A DNA stretch of 36,727 nucleotides from Octopus sinensis (GCF_006345805.1 NW_021824680.1:1-36727), one strand, 5' to 3'. Shown: positions 22,846 through 36,374, counted from the stretch's first letter. The notes: generated by a model from the letters alone, not told the origin. Numbers and translations: made by a program.

Positions 22846-23599
22846 GCATGAACTGCTCTCTCACTCAATAATAATAATAATAATGATAATGATAATAATA
22901 ATGTCCTGCTTATTAGACAGGGGGAATAGATTTTTGAATGATAATCCTTCTTACAGCGGACGGAAGAATACAAACCACTCTAGATTTACAATCGTCACAA
23001 GACATCCCGTGCTTGTGGGGACCCCTGTGTTGCGCGTGTGAGAGCGATTGTGGCTGGCAATGATTAAACTGCCCTCGAGCGACGGACATTCTCAGAGCGA
23101 AGATCTTTCTACCCCATGCTGCAACTACGCGGCTGATTGCTTTCAAGAGGAAGTTATATAAATATGAGATTCAGTTAACCGCCATTTAGGTAATTTTTTG
23201 TCATTCACCCTCACTGAAGTAGCAGGGTGTGAGGTGACTTTGCCTGGGTCAAGTATTACTGATCCAACTGTACGCTTCTATATCACTCTGTAAGAGCTCA
23301 GCCGCCACCTGGTGAGCAATTCTCCAAGTATCCCAGACACGCTCCTACATCATGCCGCTGTTATACTTGCAGAGCCGCCCTCTCCCTCAATCCGTTAAAT
23401 AGTTAAAAGATGATTATTTTTACACTTCATTCTTTTTTCTCACTTGGAAACAAAACAAAACAAAACAAAAAACCAACAACTCAGCCTTAGTCGATAAATT
23501 AAATTCTCGGTTAGCAGATTCGTCGAACAGGGTCTAGATTTAATTTTCGGTTGCATTGAGAAAGGGTGTTACCACCACAAGAAGTTTGTGCAATTTCAG

Positions 23600-23640
23600 A
23601 CATAAAAATGGGCTTGTATTTCACTATTATTGCTATTATT
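23600..23640 (+). CDS. Candidate 41-nt exon with start codon (MGLYFTIIAII, signal-peptide-like)
   Basis: tttcag|ACATAAAAATGGGCTTGTATTTCACTATTATTGCTATTATT|gtaagt; ATG at 23608 in an AAAATGG context; phase-0 consensus donor. Confidence 0.3.
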
Positions 23641-23806
23641 GTAAGTCCTGGCGGAATGGTAAACTTAATGGGGTTATTTCTGAAAACTTTATCCAAAAAA
23701 CCTGAAAGCGTAACCTGTGTTGTGTCTATATAATCTGCTAATCATTGAAAATTGAAAGAAAGTGGAATACGATGATTACTTAAAACACTTTATATATACA
23801 CTTTAT

Positions 23807-24155
23807 AGACGTAGGAGTGGCTGTGTGGTAAGTAGCTTGCTTACCAACCACATGGTTCCGAGTTCAGTCTCACTGCGTGGCACATGGGACAAGTGTCTTC
23901 TATAGTAGAAGACACTTGCCATTCATATGTGTGTGTGTGTGTATGTATATGTTTGTGTGCCTGTGTTTGTCCCCCCCCCCAACATCGCTTGACAACATAT
24001 GCTGGTGTGTTTACGTCCCCATAACTTAGCAGTTCGGCAAAAAGACCGATAGAATAAGTACTAGGCTTACAAAGAACAAATCCTGGGGTCGATATGCTCA
24101 ACTAAAGACTGTGCTCCAGTATGGCCACAGACAAATGAATGAAACAAGCAAAAGA
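23807..24155 (+). mobile_element. SINE family A, full length
   Basis: Same head, core and tail as 9752-10168. Confidence 0.9.
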
Positions 24156-24615
24156 ATACTTTATGCACAATTTTAGGGACTTAATACTCAACACTATCCC
24201 TCTTTCTCTCTCACTCTTCGCCTTACTCTCTTTTTCTCTCTACTTTCTTTTCGTTCGCTCTTCACCTTTCCCTCCAACTAATTACGTGAAAGCGTTACAG
24301 ACAGGCTAAGTAATGAATGAAAAAAAACTTAGTTAAAGAAAAAGAAAGTACAAATTTCATACACAACATCCTCCCATCCCCTTCCCACTCCCGTCTCCTC
24401 ACCCCTTCCCACCCCTGTCTCCCCATCCCCTATCTCCACCTCCCTTATCTCCTCCTCCCCTATCGCCCCGTCTTCACCCTCGCCAACCCTCCCCTTTCCA
24501 CTAATTATATGGAAGCGTAACGGACAGGCTAAGTAACGGAGTGGCAAATAGAACTATTTTAAGATTCTTGTACAGCTACTAGGTCGTCGATTCATCACGA
24601 TGAATGCACATTGTA

Positions 24616-25107
24616 TTATGATATCCGGAAAGTTCTGAGCGTTTTTAAGCTAAATCTTTTAACGCTTCATTGAATAGTTAAAACTCTGGCGTTGCTTGAA
24701 GTGGTAGGGTATCTCTTTCCTTGTTCCTGACTAAGAATAGATTTATCTTTCATTCCGGTTATCCTGTATTGACATTTGAAATGGATAATCAAAAATTTCA
24801 TATTCGCGTTGAAACGCTTTTCTCTTTTAAAAAAGGAGAAAACTGCAAAGATTTTCAAAAACAAGTTTATGGTGATGATGCCGTAGCTTGCAAAATTTAA
24901 AGCTGGAGAGTTTAGCTTGGAAGATGACAGTCGCAGTGGAGGACCTTCGAAATTGGATGAAGATGTTTTAAAGAAAATAATCGAAGAAAACTCAAATATC
25001 TCGACTAGAGAACTTGCAGAGGAATTGGAAGTTTCTAAAAGTACGGTTCATGAAATAAGTCCCGTTTTGCATATTAAAAAACACTCAGAAATTTCCGGAC
25101 AACCTAA
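24616..25107 (+). mobile_element. Internally deleted mariner (Tc1/mariner) element with both TIRs and TA TSDs
   Basis: Left TIR ttatgatatccggaaagttctgagcgttttt versus reverse complement of the right TIR ttaggttgtccggaaatttctgagtgtttttt; TA at 24614-24615 and 25108-25109; transposase N-terminal HTH remnant from ATG 24781 (..VYGDDAV..KFKAGEFSLEDDSRSGGPSKLDEDVLKKIIEENSNISTRELAEELEVSKSTVHE); DD34D domain absent. Confidence 0.92.
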
Positions 25108-25558
25108 TATTTAGAAAAGCAGAAAATACTATCATATCTCCTCTGCAGATCATGCTTATAATTCTGTAAGTGGTCTTATTGTAAGGGAAGCAGATCGACG
25201 TAATCTTTAGAGCGTTTTGATATTATTCCAGATTTTGCATAGCGAATTCAAATTCCACCATTTTCAAATTTTCCGTTTTATCTCGCGTCGCTTTGCAACC
25301 GCGCTGCTTACGCTTCAGCCTCACTGGTGAGGACCTTGGGAAACTGTTATCTTGTACACTCTTGTCAGTGAATCTGACTGTCGTAAGCTGTGCGGAATCC
25401 CATTGTGTATATATATATATATATATGAGAAAAATGCAGTTGTGGCCACAGATATACATGCATGCGTACATATTTACATTTGTGTCAGGGCATATATGGG
25501 TATGTATAATAAACACACACACATACACATGCATATATAATATATAATATATATATAT

Positions 25559-25626
<68 letters not shown>

Positions 25627-25652
25627 CATATATATATTATATATAGCAAAAG

Positions 25653-25690
25653 CTGTCTGATGAACGGCAACGAGAAACTCAGAGTAACAG
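25653..25690 (+). ncRNA. Minimal type I hammerhead ribozyme, family 4 (weak stem II)
   Basis: ctgt CTGATGA a-cg-gcaa-cg-a GAAAC TCAGA GTA acag. Stem I CUGU/ACAG, quasi-palindrome ACUC-A-GAGU for helix III, cleavage predicted after A25686. The cassette of about 80 bp is bounded by (TA)n on both sides. Confidence 0.65.
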
Positions 25691-25722
25691 ATTTTGTTGA
25701 ATTTTCTGCTGCTTTAAATAAA

Positions 25723-25807
<85 letters not shown>

Positions 25808-25832
25808 CATACACATGTACATACATGCATAG

Positions 25833-25896
<64 letters not shown>

Positions 25897-26319
25897 GTAT
25901 GTATATATACATATGAATATTAGCATTCCTGGCATTCCGGAACTCTGAAGGAGACAGATGATTGGAAATACGCTATTTGAGAGAGTTCCCAGGATGGAGA
26001 TTTTCGGACCATGCTTGCATTTTAGAAAATTTCTTTTGGAATCCGCATGGCGGCGCCCTTGCCGGAAACCAATAGCCAAGCCCGAAGGGAGACAATCGTT
26101 TACTTTATTGGTGCTTTGGTGACCGCAGATGGCAGTGCGGCCGAAGATCGATGGACAATGGCAAAAGGAGATAATCACATAGAGTTTTACCCTTAAAACC
26201 GAAACTTTACCCCCCCCCCCACCTATATTTTAAAAACTCGCAGGCCAGTAGTGTTTGGGATCTGAAAATATGCTGTAAGGCATACGCGCGAGAAACCCAG
26301 GGTAACCCCATGAAATCAG

Positions 26320-26502
26320 AACGTAGCGACGGGCGAAATACCGCTAAGCATTTAATCCAGCATGCTAGCTGGCTACTTTAATGATAATAATAATTATTAT
26401 TTCAATTTTTTTGCCACAAGGGCAGTTTGGGGAAGATGGGGCTGCAGAACAAATACCGCAAAGCATTTCGCCCGTCATGCTAACGACTCTGCCAGCTCGC
26501 CG

Positions 26503-26553
<51 letters not shown>

Positions 26554-26558
26554 TAATC

Positions 26559-26601
<43 letters not shown>

Positions 26602-26661
26602 TAATAATAATAATAATAATGATAATAATAATAATATAATAATAATAATAATAATAATAAC

Positions 26662-26708
<47 letters not shown>

Positions 26709-27165
26709 TATTATTATTATTATTATTTCAATTTTTTGCCACAAGGATAACTTGGGGAAGGTGGGAATGAGTCGATTACATCAGCCCCAGTGTTTTCACT
26801 GGAACTTAAGTTATCAACTCGAAAGGATGAAAGGCAAAGTCGACTTTGGCGGAATTTAAACTCAGAACGTATAGGCGGACGAAATACTGCTAAGCATTTT
26901 TCCGGTGTGCTTACGATTCTGCCGGCTCGCCGCCTTAATAATCATAATAATAATAATATTAATAATAACAACAACAACAACAACAACAACAACAATAATA
27001 ATAATCTTTCTGATTTAGGCACAAGGCTAGCAGTTTCGCCGCCAGGGGTTTAGTACATACCATCGATTAATCTAGTACTTGACTGGCACTTAATTTTATC
27101 GATCCCGGAGGGTTGAAAGGCACAGTTGACCTTGGCGGAATTTGAACTCGGAATGTAAAGAGCTT
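26320..27165 (-). mobile_element. Cluster of four partial SINE family B copies separated by (AAT)n/(ATT)n
   Basis: Family B segments at about 26320-26370, 26405-26505, 26727-26937 and 27005-27165. Confidence 0.85.
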
Positions 27166-27588
27166 GAACAATAATAATAATAATAATATAATAATAATAA
27201 TAATATAATAATAATAATAATATAATAATAATAATGATAATAATAATAATATAAATATAAATTTATAAGGACAACAAAAATGAGCAAGTTGAACAACAAT
27301 GGACAGTAAGAAACGGCAGACACCAAAGTTAGCGATACAGGGAAATAGGTTTCGATGTGGAGGCCATTAACTGCCGTTCTTACTTCTTATAAATAATATA
27401 CCAATTAATGGAACATCTGAATATATTTAAATAATTTTTATGAATCTATGAATGAAATTAATTTCTGCTTTAACACTTTAATCGACCAGATTTCACAGCC
27501 ACGTCGTTTCGACATCAGTGCAATACTTCACCTCACCTTGCCTCACATCACCTCACCTCGCCTCATCTCACCTCACCTCTCCACCAAT

Positions 27589-27777
27589 TCACATCGCTGC
27601 TATTTCACCAGCATACACCGCCGCCACCGCCGAGCCGCCTCCATCTACACCGCAGTCAGCGCCATCATGTTTTTCCACTTCCACGCCATTACTTGCGACT
27701 ATGCTAGCGAAAATGGCTTCTGCTCTTCTTTTGTGTTGTTTCCTAAAAGCCTCCGAGGCTGTTTCTGTTCTAAATTG
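27589..27777 (-). CDS. Candidate coding exon (62 aa, unknown protein)
   Basis: Acceptor-like tttttaatatcatctcag, then open QFRTETASEAFRKQHKRRAEAIFASIVASNGVEVEKHDGADCGVDGGGSAVAAVYAGEIAAM*. The block is non-repetitive and GC-richer than its flanks. Confidence 0.3.
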   Translation of the reverse strand, partial: QFRTETASEAFRKQHKRRAEAIFASIVASNGVEVEKHDGADCGVDGGGSAVAAVYAGEIAAM

Positions 27778-28029
27778 CTGAGATGATATTAAAAATACGA
27801 TACACTCATATCGTATAAAGACGACAAGATTTCCCCACTTAATAACAACTTAATAGATAAGCGAATTCGTAATTATCCGGGGTCCAAATATTAGATTAGT
27901 ATTCGCTAGATTACAAATAGACCTTACGGGTCTATTTGTGGTGGTCAGATAGATAATCTATACATTTATGTATGAGTATGTTTATATGTATTTGGTGGAT
28001 ATTTGTTCAATCGACGTGTTTGAGGGTGT

Positions 28030-29425
<1,396 letters not shown>

Positions 29426-30033
29426 TACACACATACACAACTATAGTCATGTGTAGCATGCCTTAACAGCCTATTCTAAGCAGCTCAAAATTACAATCTT
29501 AATATTGTAAACATCAATGTAGACAGAGTATGTCGTATTATTAGGTTTAAATTAAACTGCAACTTATTAATGCCTACAATCATTTACATATATTACTTAA
29601 CTAAGTGCTTAATTATAGCATTTTAATTGGACACGTTCAGCTTAATGTAAAATACGATCCGACACAATTTACATAGATTATCGAACGATACTGCACATTA
29701 TGAGGTTTTGATGTTCATGCTGGCGATTATGAGGTTTTGTTGTTCATGCCGGTCCGGTTTGCGTAACTGCGAGTCACTTGAAACTGAAAGAAAAACACAT
29801 AAGGCAGGTTCTATAGACCTACAGTGGTAAACGGCACAAGGGTATCAGTATTTTTACTGTATGTCTATACTACAGTATTGTTCCTATTAATATATCTACG
29901 TTAAGTAAGGTATATAGATTGCTTTTCGGTAATAATGCTGCTGCCGTCGATAACAACAGGTAATTGAATCTTATTGCTGACGAATGGAATTCATAGTCAA
30001 AGAACACGAAAGCTCAACTAGAGTAAGTCTACC

Positions 30034-30450
30034 TATTTCTTTACTATCCACAAGGGGTTAAACACAGAGAGGACAAACAGGGACAGACAGACGGATTAAG
30101 TCGATTACATCGACCCCAGTGAGTAACTGGTACTTAATTTATCGACCCCAAAAGGATGAAAGGCAAAGTCGACCTCGGCGGAATTTGAACTCAGAACGTA
30201 GCGGCAGACGAAATACCTATTTCTTTACTACCCACAAGGGGCTAAACACAGAGTGGACAAACAAGGACAGACAAATGGATTAAGTCGATTACATGGACCC
30301 CAGTGCGTAACTGGTACTTAGTTTATCGACCCCGAAAGGATAAACGGCAAAGTGGACCTAAGCGGATTTTGAACTCAGAACGTAGCAGCAGACGAAAAAC
30401 CGCTAAGCATTTCGCCGGGCGTGCTAACATTTCTGCCAGCTCGCCGCCTT
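30034..30450 (-). mobile_element. SINE family B head-to-tail dimer (184-bp period) within one 18-bp TSD
   Basis: aactagagtaagtctacc at 30016-30033 and 30451-30468; acctatttcttta recurs at 30031 and 30215. Confidence 0.92.
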
Positions 30451-31421
30451 AACTAGAGTAAGTCTACCAACCTCACTGTCATACACCATCATCAACGTCA
30501 ACCCACGGACATCACTATCTCGTGTTCTTACACTCCTAAGACCAGTTACTTGGTTTCCATAGTTACTGAGAACATGACAGTCTGTCTCAGAATCACATAT
30601 ATGCATATAAAAGAGACACCTATACACATATAAAAAAAAATGATGGATCTCCATCAGTTTCCACGCTGAACTGTCCCTTGTGTTGAACTATGCTTTGTAT
30701 TGAATAATGGTGAAAGCAGCTGAGTATTTCACAGAATCTTGCAACATAACATAATCCTCAAGTTGAGAATGGTGTGTGACAAGGCCGCATCTTTGCATAA
30801 TAGGCTGCCATTCTCGTGTTATTGTGTGAGAACGTGTTCTTTAGACATAAGTATACTTAACGTAGCCCTCGAGTGGAGTCAGCGTATGGCAAGACTGTCC
30901 CTCTCAATTAAAGGTCAGCTTCATATGGCGAGCTTCCACACAGTTTCCGCTGACATAATTTAAATCATAACCCCAAGCTTAACCCATGCTATAATTATTT
31001 CTACCATTGGCTTGAACTTTTGGAGGCGGGGAGGGGTAATCAATTATATCTACCGATTGGGGTCAACTGGTACTTATTTTATAGACCGGCGTGTATATGA
31101 CAGCTGTATTAACACTGCCATCCCCTTGCCACTCCATATTTGTCGCTTGCAGAGAACACTGTACTCCCCTCCCCTGATATCAATCACACTCACTCCGCTA
31201 CTGCATTTTCCAGAGACTAATACTTTTTGCACCCTTCTCATTTTATATAATTCACCCAGCTCCACGAGGGGGCACATTAGAGATTTTTATTGAAATCTAG
31301 TTACCCTATTATTGATCTGAATGTTAATGTAACATGTATACAAAGTTTTGGTGAATATTGGTCTGCTGGTTTAGGCAGTAAGGTGGTAATAGACAAAGGG
31401 AAAGATTGCTATTTATATAGA

Positions 31422-31515
<94 letters not shown>

Positions 31516-31682
31516 TATATATAATATACATATATTATATACATATATATATACATAGACACAGACACATATATATATATACCACTCTTTCTCTCTTTCA
31601 CAAGGACGGAAGAGATCAATCGATCTTTTAACACATATGGATGGGCATTGCTCTCTACTTTAGAGTAACCTATTTCTTTGCT

Positions 31683-31731
31683 GGTGGTGCCCCAGCTTGG
31701 TCACAGCCTTAGGGCTGAAACATGTAAAAGA
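31683..31731 (+). mobile_element. Isolated SINE/LINE 3' tail
   Basis: ggtggtgccccagcttggtcacagccttagggctgaaacatgtaaaag is homologous to the family A tail and the LINE 3' UTR at 8135-8172. Confidence 0.7.
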
Positions 31732-33549
31732 ATATATATAGTACTTTCTTCTTTCATGGGGGAAGAAGTATAATTATATAGCGGTAGCTCAATTTTTATC
31801 ACTTTTTATTTTGTTTCCGCATCAAGTTTTTTTTTTTCAAATATAGGGAAAACATTACACGAAGTCATTTTCCCAACACCCTCTTAAGACGATTTTTTGT
31901 TTGTTTTTTGTTGAAATTTATGTACGAAATCCTTAAGCATCTTTTAATCTGTTAGATATTAGACATTGAAATAACATAGAACCCATATTATTGGGTTCCT
32001 ATTCAACTCCAACAAAACGTAGATATTGATAGTTTGGGGACTGTCACTAGTAGCCCTCTCTGCAAAGACAGCTGCTCTACCTGAAAACATCTCGATGACA
32101 GACATTCCACTAGAACAACAATAGACCTTTAACCAATATTAAAATCCATTGTAACAATGAACAATAAACAATATGATAGTAGTGGACTCTATAAACCCTA
32201 TTCGGAGCATAATGCCTTACACTTGAGCTGCACTTTAAAACATTTGCTTTCTTTTGCTCTGTTATTCACCACACAAATCAGCTGAAATTGTTCGTTTCTT
32301 AACGGGTGGTTTATGGGTTTGGCCGAGGTATAGTAGTTGTTATATTTTGGGAGGGGTTTATTTCGGTATTCTGTTTACTTGTTAAATATCAGGAGGGTTT
32401 TCTTAATTAGTTTACTGATTAAATAGTGACGATGCTTGTTCTCATTCTGATGAGTGTTTCTCTTCTGATACACAATTATTTTGATCCCAGTTCTGCTGAC
32501 GGCTCATGCATGTATAAGTCTGCCTGTGCTAGTAGTTTGTATGTATGTGTTTGAATATTTGCATATGCCATGCATATGTGTGTTTTCATATGTTCCATGT
32601 GATGGTTATACATACAAATGCATAAATTCATTTAAGAGCGCATACTTTTTTAAAGAACCCGCAAACATTGAACAAATAGCATTAAAGAGCGAACGTTACA
32701 TAGAATTGTTGTTTGCTCATTCGAAAACGAAGATGGACGATGATTCAATCATTGAACAAGGGAAACAAAAGGACACACACAAAAATGTCATATCCTTTAT
32801 GACTCAGACAAAGATTCACTCAGCAAACAAAAGCTAAATGCTGTTTGAATTTCAAGGACGATACGATCCAAAGTATGGCATCAGAAATATAATTACAAAG
32901 AAGGAAGACAGATGAGAAATACCACTTAGAGAAATATTATCATGGCTACAGAAAGAGAGAGACAGTGTAACATTTATTAGATAGTAGCGAATAGGTACTG
33001 ACTACCAAATGGCTAAACCAAGGTACCAAATATTTACTCGATAATCAAAAGTGGTTGATATATAATATTCAAAACTGATGAGACAAATACGTGTCTTCAT
33101 TGCAGAATAGTTCTCTCTCTCTCTTACTTTCGCTCTCTCTCTCCCCCTCTCCCTCTCCGTATATGTGTATGTATGTATGTATGTATGTATGTATGTATGT
33201 ATGTATGTATGTATGTATGTATGTATGTATGTATGTATATATATATATACATATGTGTGTGTTAGATGTCTATAATGTGTAAATATATATAATGTATATG
33301 CAATGTGTATATATAATCCATATATGTATATATATGATTCATACATATATACATACATACTATCATACATATATATATATATATACATACACACACACGC
33401 ACACACATACATACATACCACACGCACACACACACGCACACACACGCACACACACACATATATATACGGTCCTAATGAGGTACCTCAATTTAAGTACCTA
33501 ATTCAACTGAATCATATATATATATATAAAATGGTAGAGAGTCCCACGG

Positions 33550-33606
33550 ATAAATAGATAGATAGATATATGATAGATAGATAGACACATAGATAGATAG
33601 ATAGAC

Positions 33607-33674
<68 letters not shown>

Positions 33675-33719
33675 GGATGTATAGATAGATAAATAGATAG
33701 ATAGACGATAGAGAGATGT

Positions 33720-33793
<74 letters not shown>

Positions 33794-34103
33794 GGATAGA
33801 TAGATAGACAAATAGATAGATAGATAAGTTTCTTTATTGGCCACACAGGGCTGCAGACAGATGGGACAAGTTACAAGGTAGAGCTTTTCTTTTGGGGGAT
33901 GAAGAGAACAAAAACAAAAGAAAAAAGGGGGTGGCGTAGGTTTTCGATCAAGAGGGATCGTAAAAAGGAAGAACAAAAACAAAAAGAATTGAATAAAATA
34001 AAAAGAATAAAAAGAAAAAAAAAGAAAAGGAAAAGGAACAAAAGGAAAGAGAAATGAGAAAAGAAGAAAAAAGGGGAAAAAAGGGGAAGGGGATAGATAA
34101 GGG

Positions 34104-34157
<54 letters not shown>

Positions 34158-34178
34158 CAAATAGATAGATAGATAGAC

Positions 34179-34266
<88 letters not shown>

Positions 34267-34268
34267 TG
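33550..34268. repeat. Two (GATA)n arrays (33550-33826, 34105-34268) around a unique block
   Basis: Direct reading. Confidence 0.92.
33827..33965 (-). mobile_element. Probable retroelement 3' end (AATAAA followed by an (ATCT)n tail)
   Basis: Minus strand ..gtaacttgtcccatctgtctgcagccctgtgtggccAATAAAgaaact runs straight into (ATCT)n; no protein motif seen. Confidence 0.35.
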
Positions 34269-34715
34269 ATAGGGTTACTAAGAATGATGATGAAGCAACG
34301 TCTGGCTCCTTGATTGCCAGTCTGTCATATAAATGTCTCACCAATTATGTATTGATATAGTGAGGTCAAAGGTGAAGGTTGAAATGTCAAGGTGGGATTT
34401 GTCAGCATTTTAGTAGCAATATGATGACGGCTGTGAAGGCAGATCTAATTGCTGTCGTGGTTGTGTTGCAGTAAGGGTCCTGGGACATATTCGTTACTAT
34501 CGGAGTGGTAATTGTAGTAAGGGGATTGTCTGCAGTAATGGTTGTAGTAGTGGGTTGTGATAGAGGTGTTGGTGTTGTGGCTGGTGTCTGCAGTGCGGAT
34601 TGTAGTAGTAGAGATGTATAAAGGGATGCTTGTTGTGTGTGATAGTGGTGGTATTTGTAGTTGTAGTGTATGGTACTGTTGGTGGGTTCAGTAGTAGTAA
34701 TAGTTGTAGTTGTGT

Positions 34716-35040
34716 GAAGGCGCATGGCTCAGTGGTTAGAGTGTCGGGCTCACAATCATGAGGTAGTGAGTTCGATTCCCGGACCGGGTTGTGTGTTGTG
34801 TTCTTGAGCAAGACACTTGACCTCCCTTTGCTTCACGTTGCTTCAGTTTCACTCAGCTGTGGAAATTAGTTGCGATGTCACTGGTGGCAAACCGTATCGG
34901 CCCCTTTGCCTTTCCCTTGGATAACATCGGTGACATGAAGAGGGGAGTATGGTATGCATGGGCGACTACTGGACTTGTGCCTCGGAGGGGAACTTTCTAG
35001 GTGCAATCCCATGGTCATTTATGACCGAAGGGGGTCTTTA
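34716..35040 (+). mobile_element. SINE family D (tRNA-derived head, distinct tail)
   Basis: ggcgcatggctcagtggttagagtgtcgggctcacaatcatgaggtagtgagttcgattcccgg (A and B boxes), then cttgagcaagacact core and ..ggtgcaatcccatggtcatttatgaccgaagggggtct followed by (CA)n. Confidence 0.85.
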
Positions 35041-35041
35041 T

Positions 35042-35082
<41 letters not shown>

Positions 35083-35455
35083 CACACACATACGCACACA
35101 TACAAACACACTCACACAGAAACATATAATCAGGTCATTTTTGTGGCCCAAATTCATGCCACTGGCCACTCTTATTAAATTTTTTGTGCATTTTTATTCT
35201 TGGTCCCTTATATAAGATATAATGTAAGGCTGGGACAATGCGAGAAGGTACAAAATAAACTAGAAAAGAAAACAGAACAAAGTTTCAGGTTTACCTTGTA
35301 TTTGTATATTTCGCACTGAAGAGCCCTTCTTCGGGAAATTCGGAAAATCGGTAGTTGGAAAAGGTTGTTACTCAGATGTGTTTGTTGGGGATTGGAAGTT
35401 TCGTTCGCTCTTATCCGGTTTGGACTGGTCTGATCCGGATTTCATCAATCATTTT

Positions 35456-35735
35456 CATCAACGGAACAGCCTGCTTGTGAAATTAACGCGCAAGTGGCTG
35501 AGCACTCCATAGACACGTGTACCCCTTAACGTAGTTCTCAGGCAGATTCAGCATGACATAGAGTGTGACAAGGCTGGCCTCTTGAAATACGGGCGCTACT
35601 CATTTCTGCTAGTTGAGTGGACAGGAGCAACGTGAAATAAAGTGTCTTGCTCAAGGACACAACGCATCACCGGGAAATGAACTCACGACCTTCCGATCGT
35701 GAGCCGAATTCCGTAACCGCTACGCCATGTGCCTT
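35456..35735 (-). mobile_element. SINE sharing the family C 3' body but with a different head
   Basis: caacggaacagcctgcttgtgaaattaac..gagcactcc..cttaacgtagttctc..gtgacaaggctggcc matches family C; the remainder (gtgtcttgctcaaggacac..gaactcacgacc) does not. Confidence 0.85.
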
Positions 35736-36152
35736 CAGATTCACCCTAACCAAAGTAGTATTAATTGATAAGAAAAGATATCAACTACCCTCTCTAAATG
35801 TTAACACCCATACACAAGTATGCACATTCAGACATTGATTACATTTAGACAGGTACGTGGACGCACATACAGACTTACACTCACGCACACACACACATAT
35901 ATATATGCATAGAAAATTGTATGAAGCTATGTTCATCCCTAGGGAAGTAAATACCACACTGAAATATATAGGCTATATATATATATATATAAATATAAAT
36001 ATATACATATATATATATATATATATATTATATTATATTGATATATATATATATATAATATATATAATAATAATAATAAATATTAGAGAATAAATCCAAA
36101 TTTACAGGGAAAAATCAGATTTAGGACTGAATCCAATTTTATAGTAAAATAT

Positions 36153-36374
36153 TATATAATATTAATTAGAGACAAAACCACTATTATGCAAATCAACAAA
36201 GAAAGACTTAATCCAATACATAAAAATTTTATATAAATAAATAAATTAAATTCGCCACTACAATTGTTTCGTGTCTCTTCTAAGGACATTCATCAGGTGG
36301 TATTCTATAAAATTTTTATGTATTGGATTAAGTCTTTCTTTGTTTGATTTGCATAATAGTGGTTTTGTCTCTAA

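Noticed and set aside
22900-23146. 77-aa minus-strand ORF, possible LINE RT piece
   Set aside because: No recognisable RT motif in any frame.
29971-30020. CTGACGA..GAAAGCTC hammerhead-like string
   Set aside because: No convincing stem II, and the first stem I pair is a G-A mismatch.
31074-31277. RTE-type endonuclease N-terminus on the minus strand (CSLQ..WQG)
   Set aside because: The similarity is too weak and fragmentary to call without an HMM search.
35312-35450. CTGAAGA-gccc..ggg and a minus-strand TGATGA..GAAAC
   Set aside because: Neither can be completed with a correctly spaced GAAAC, helix III and stem I; at best a heavily decayed remnant.
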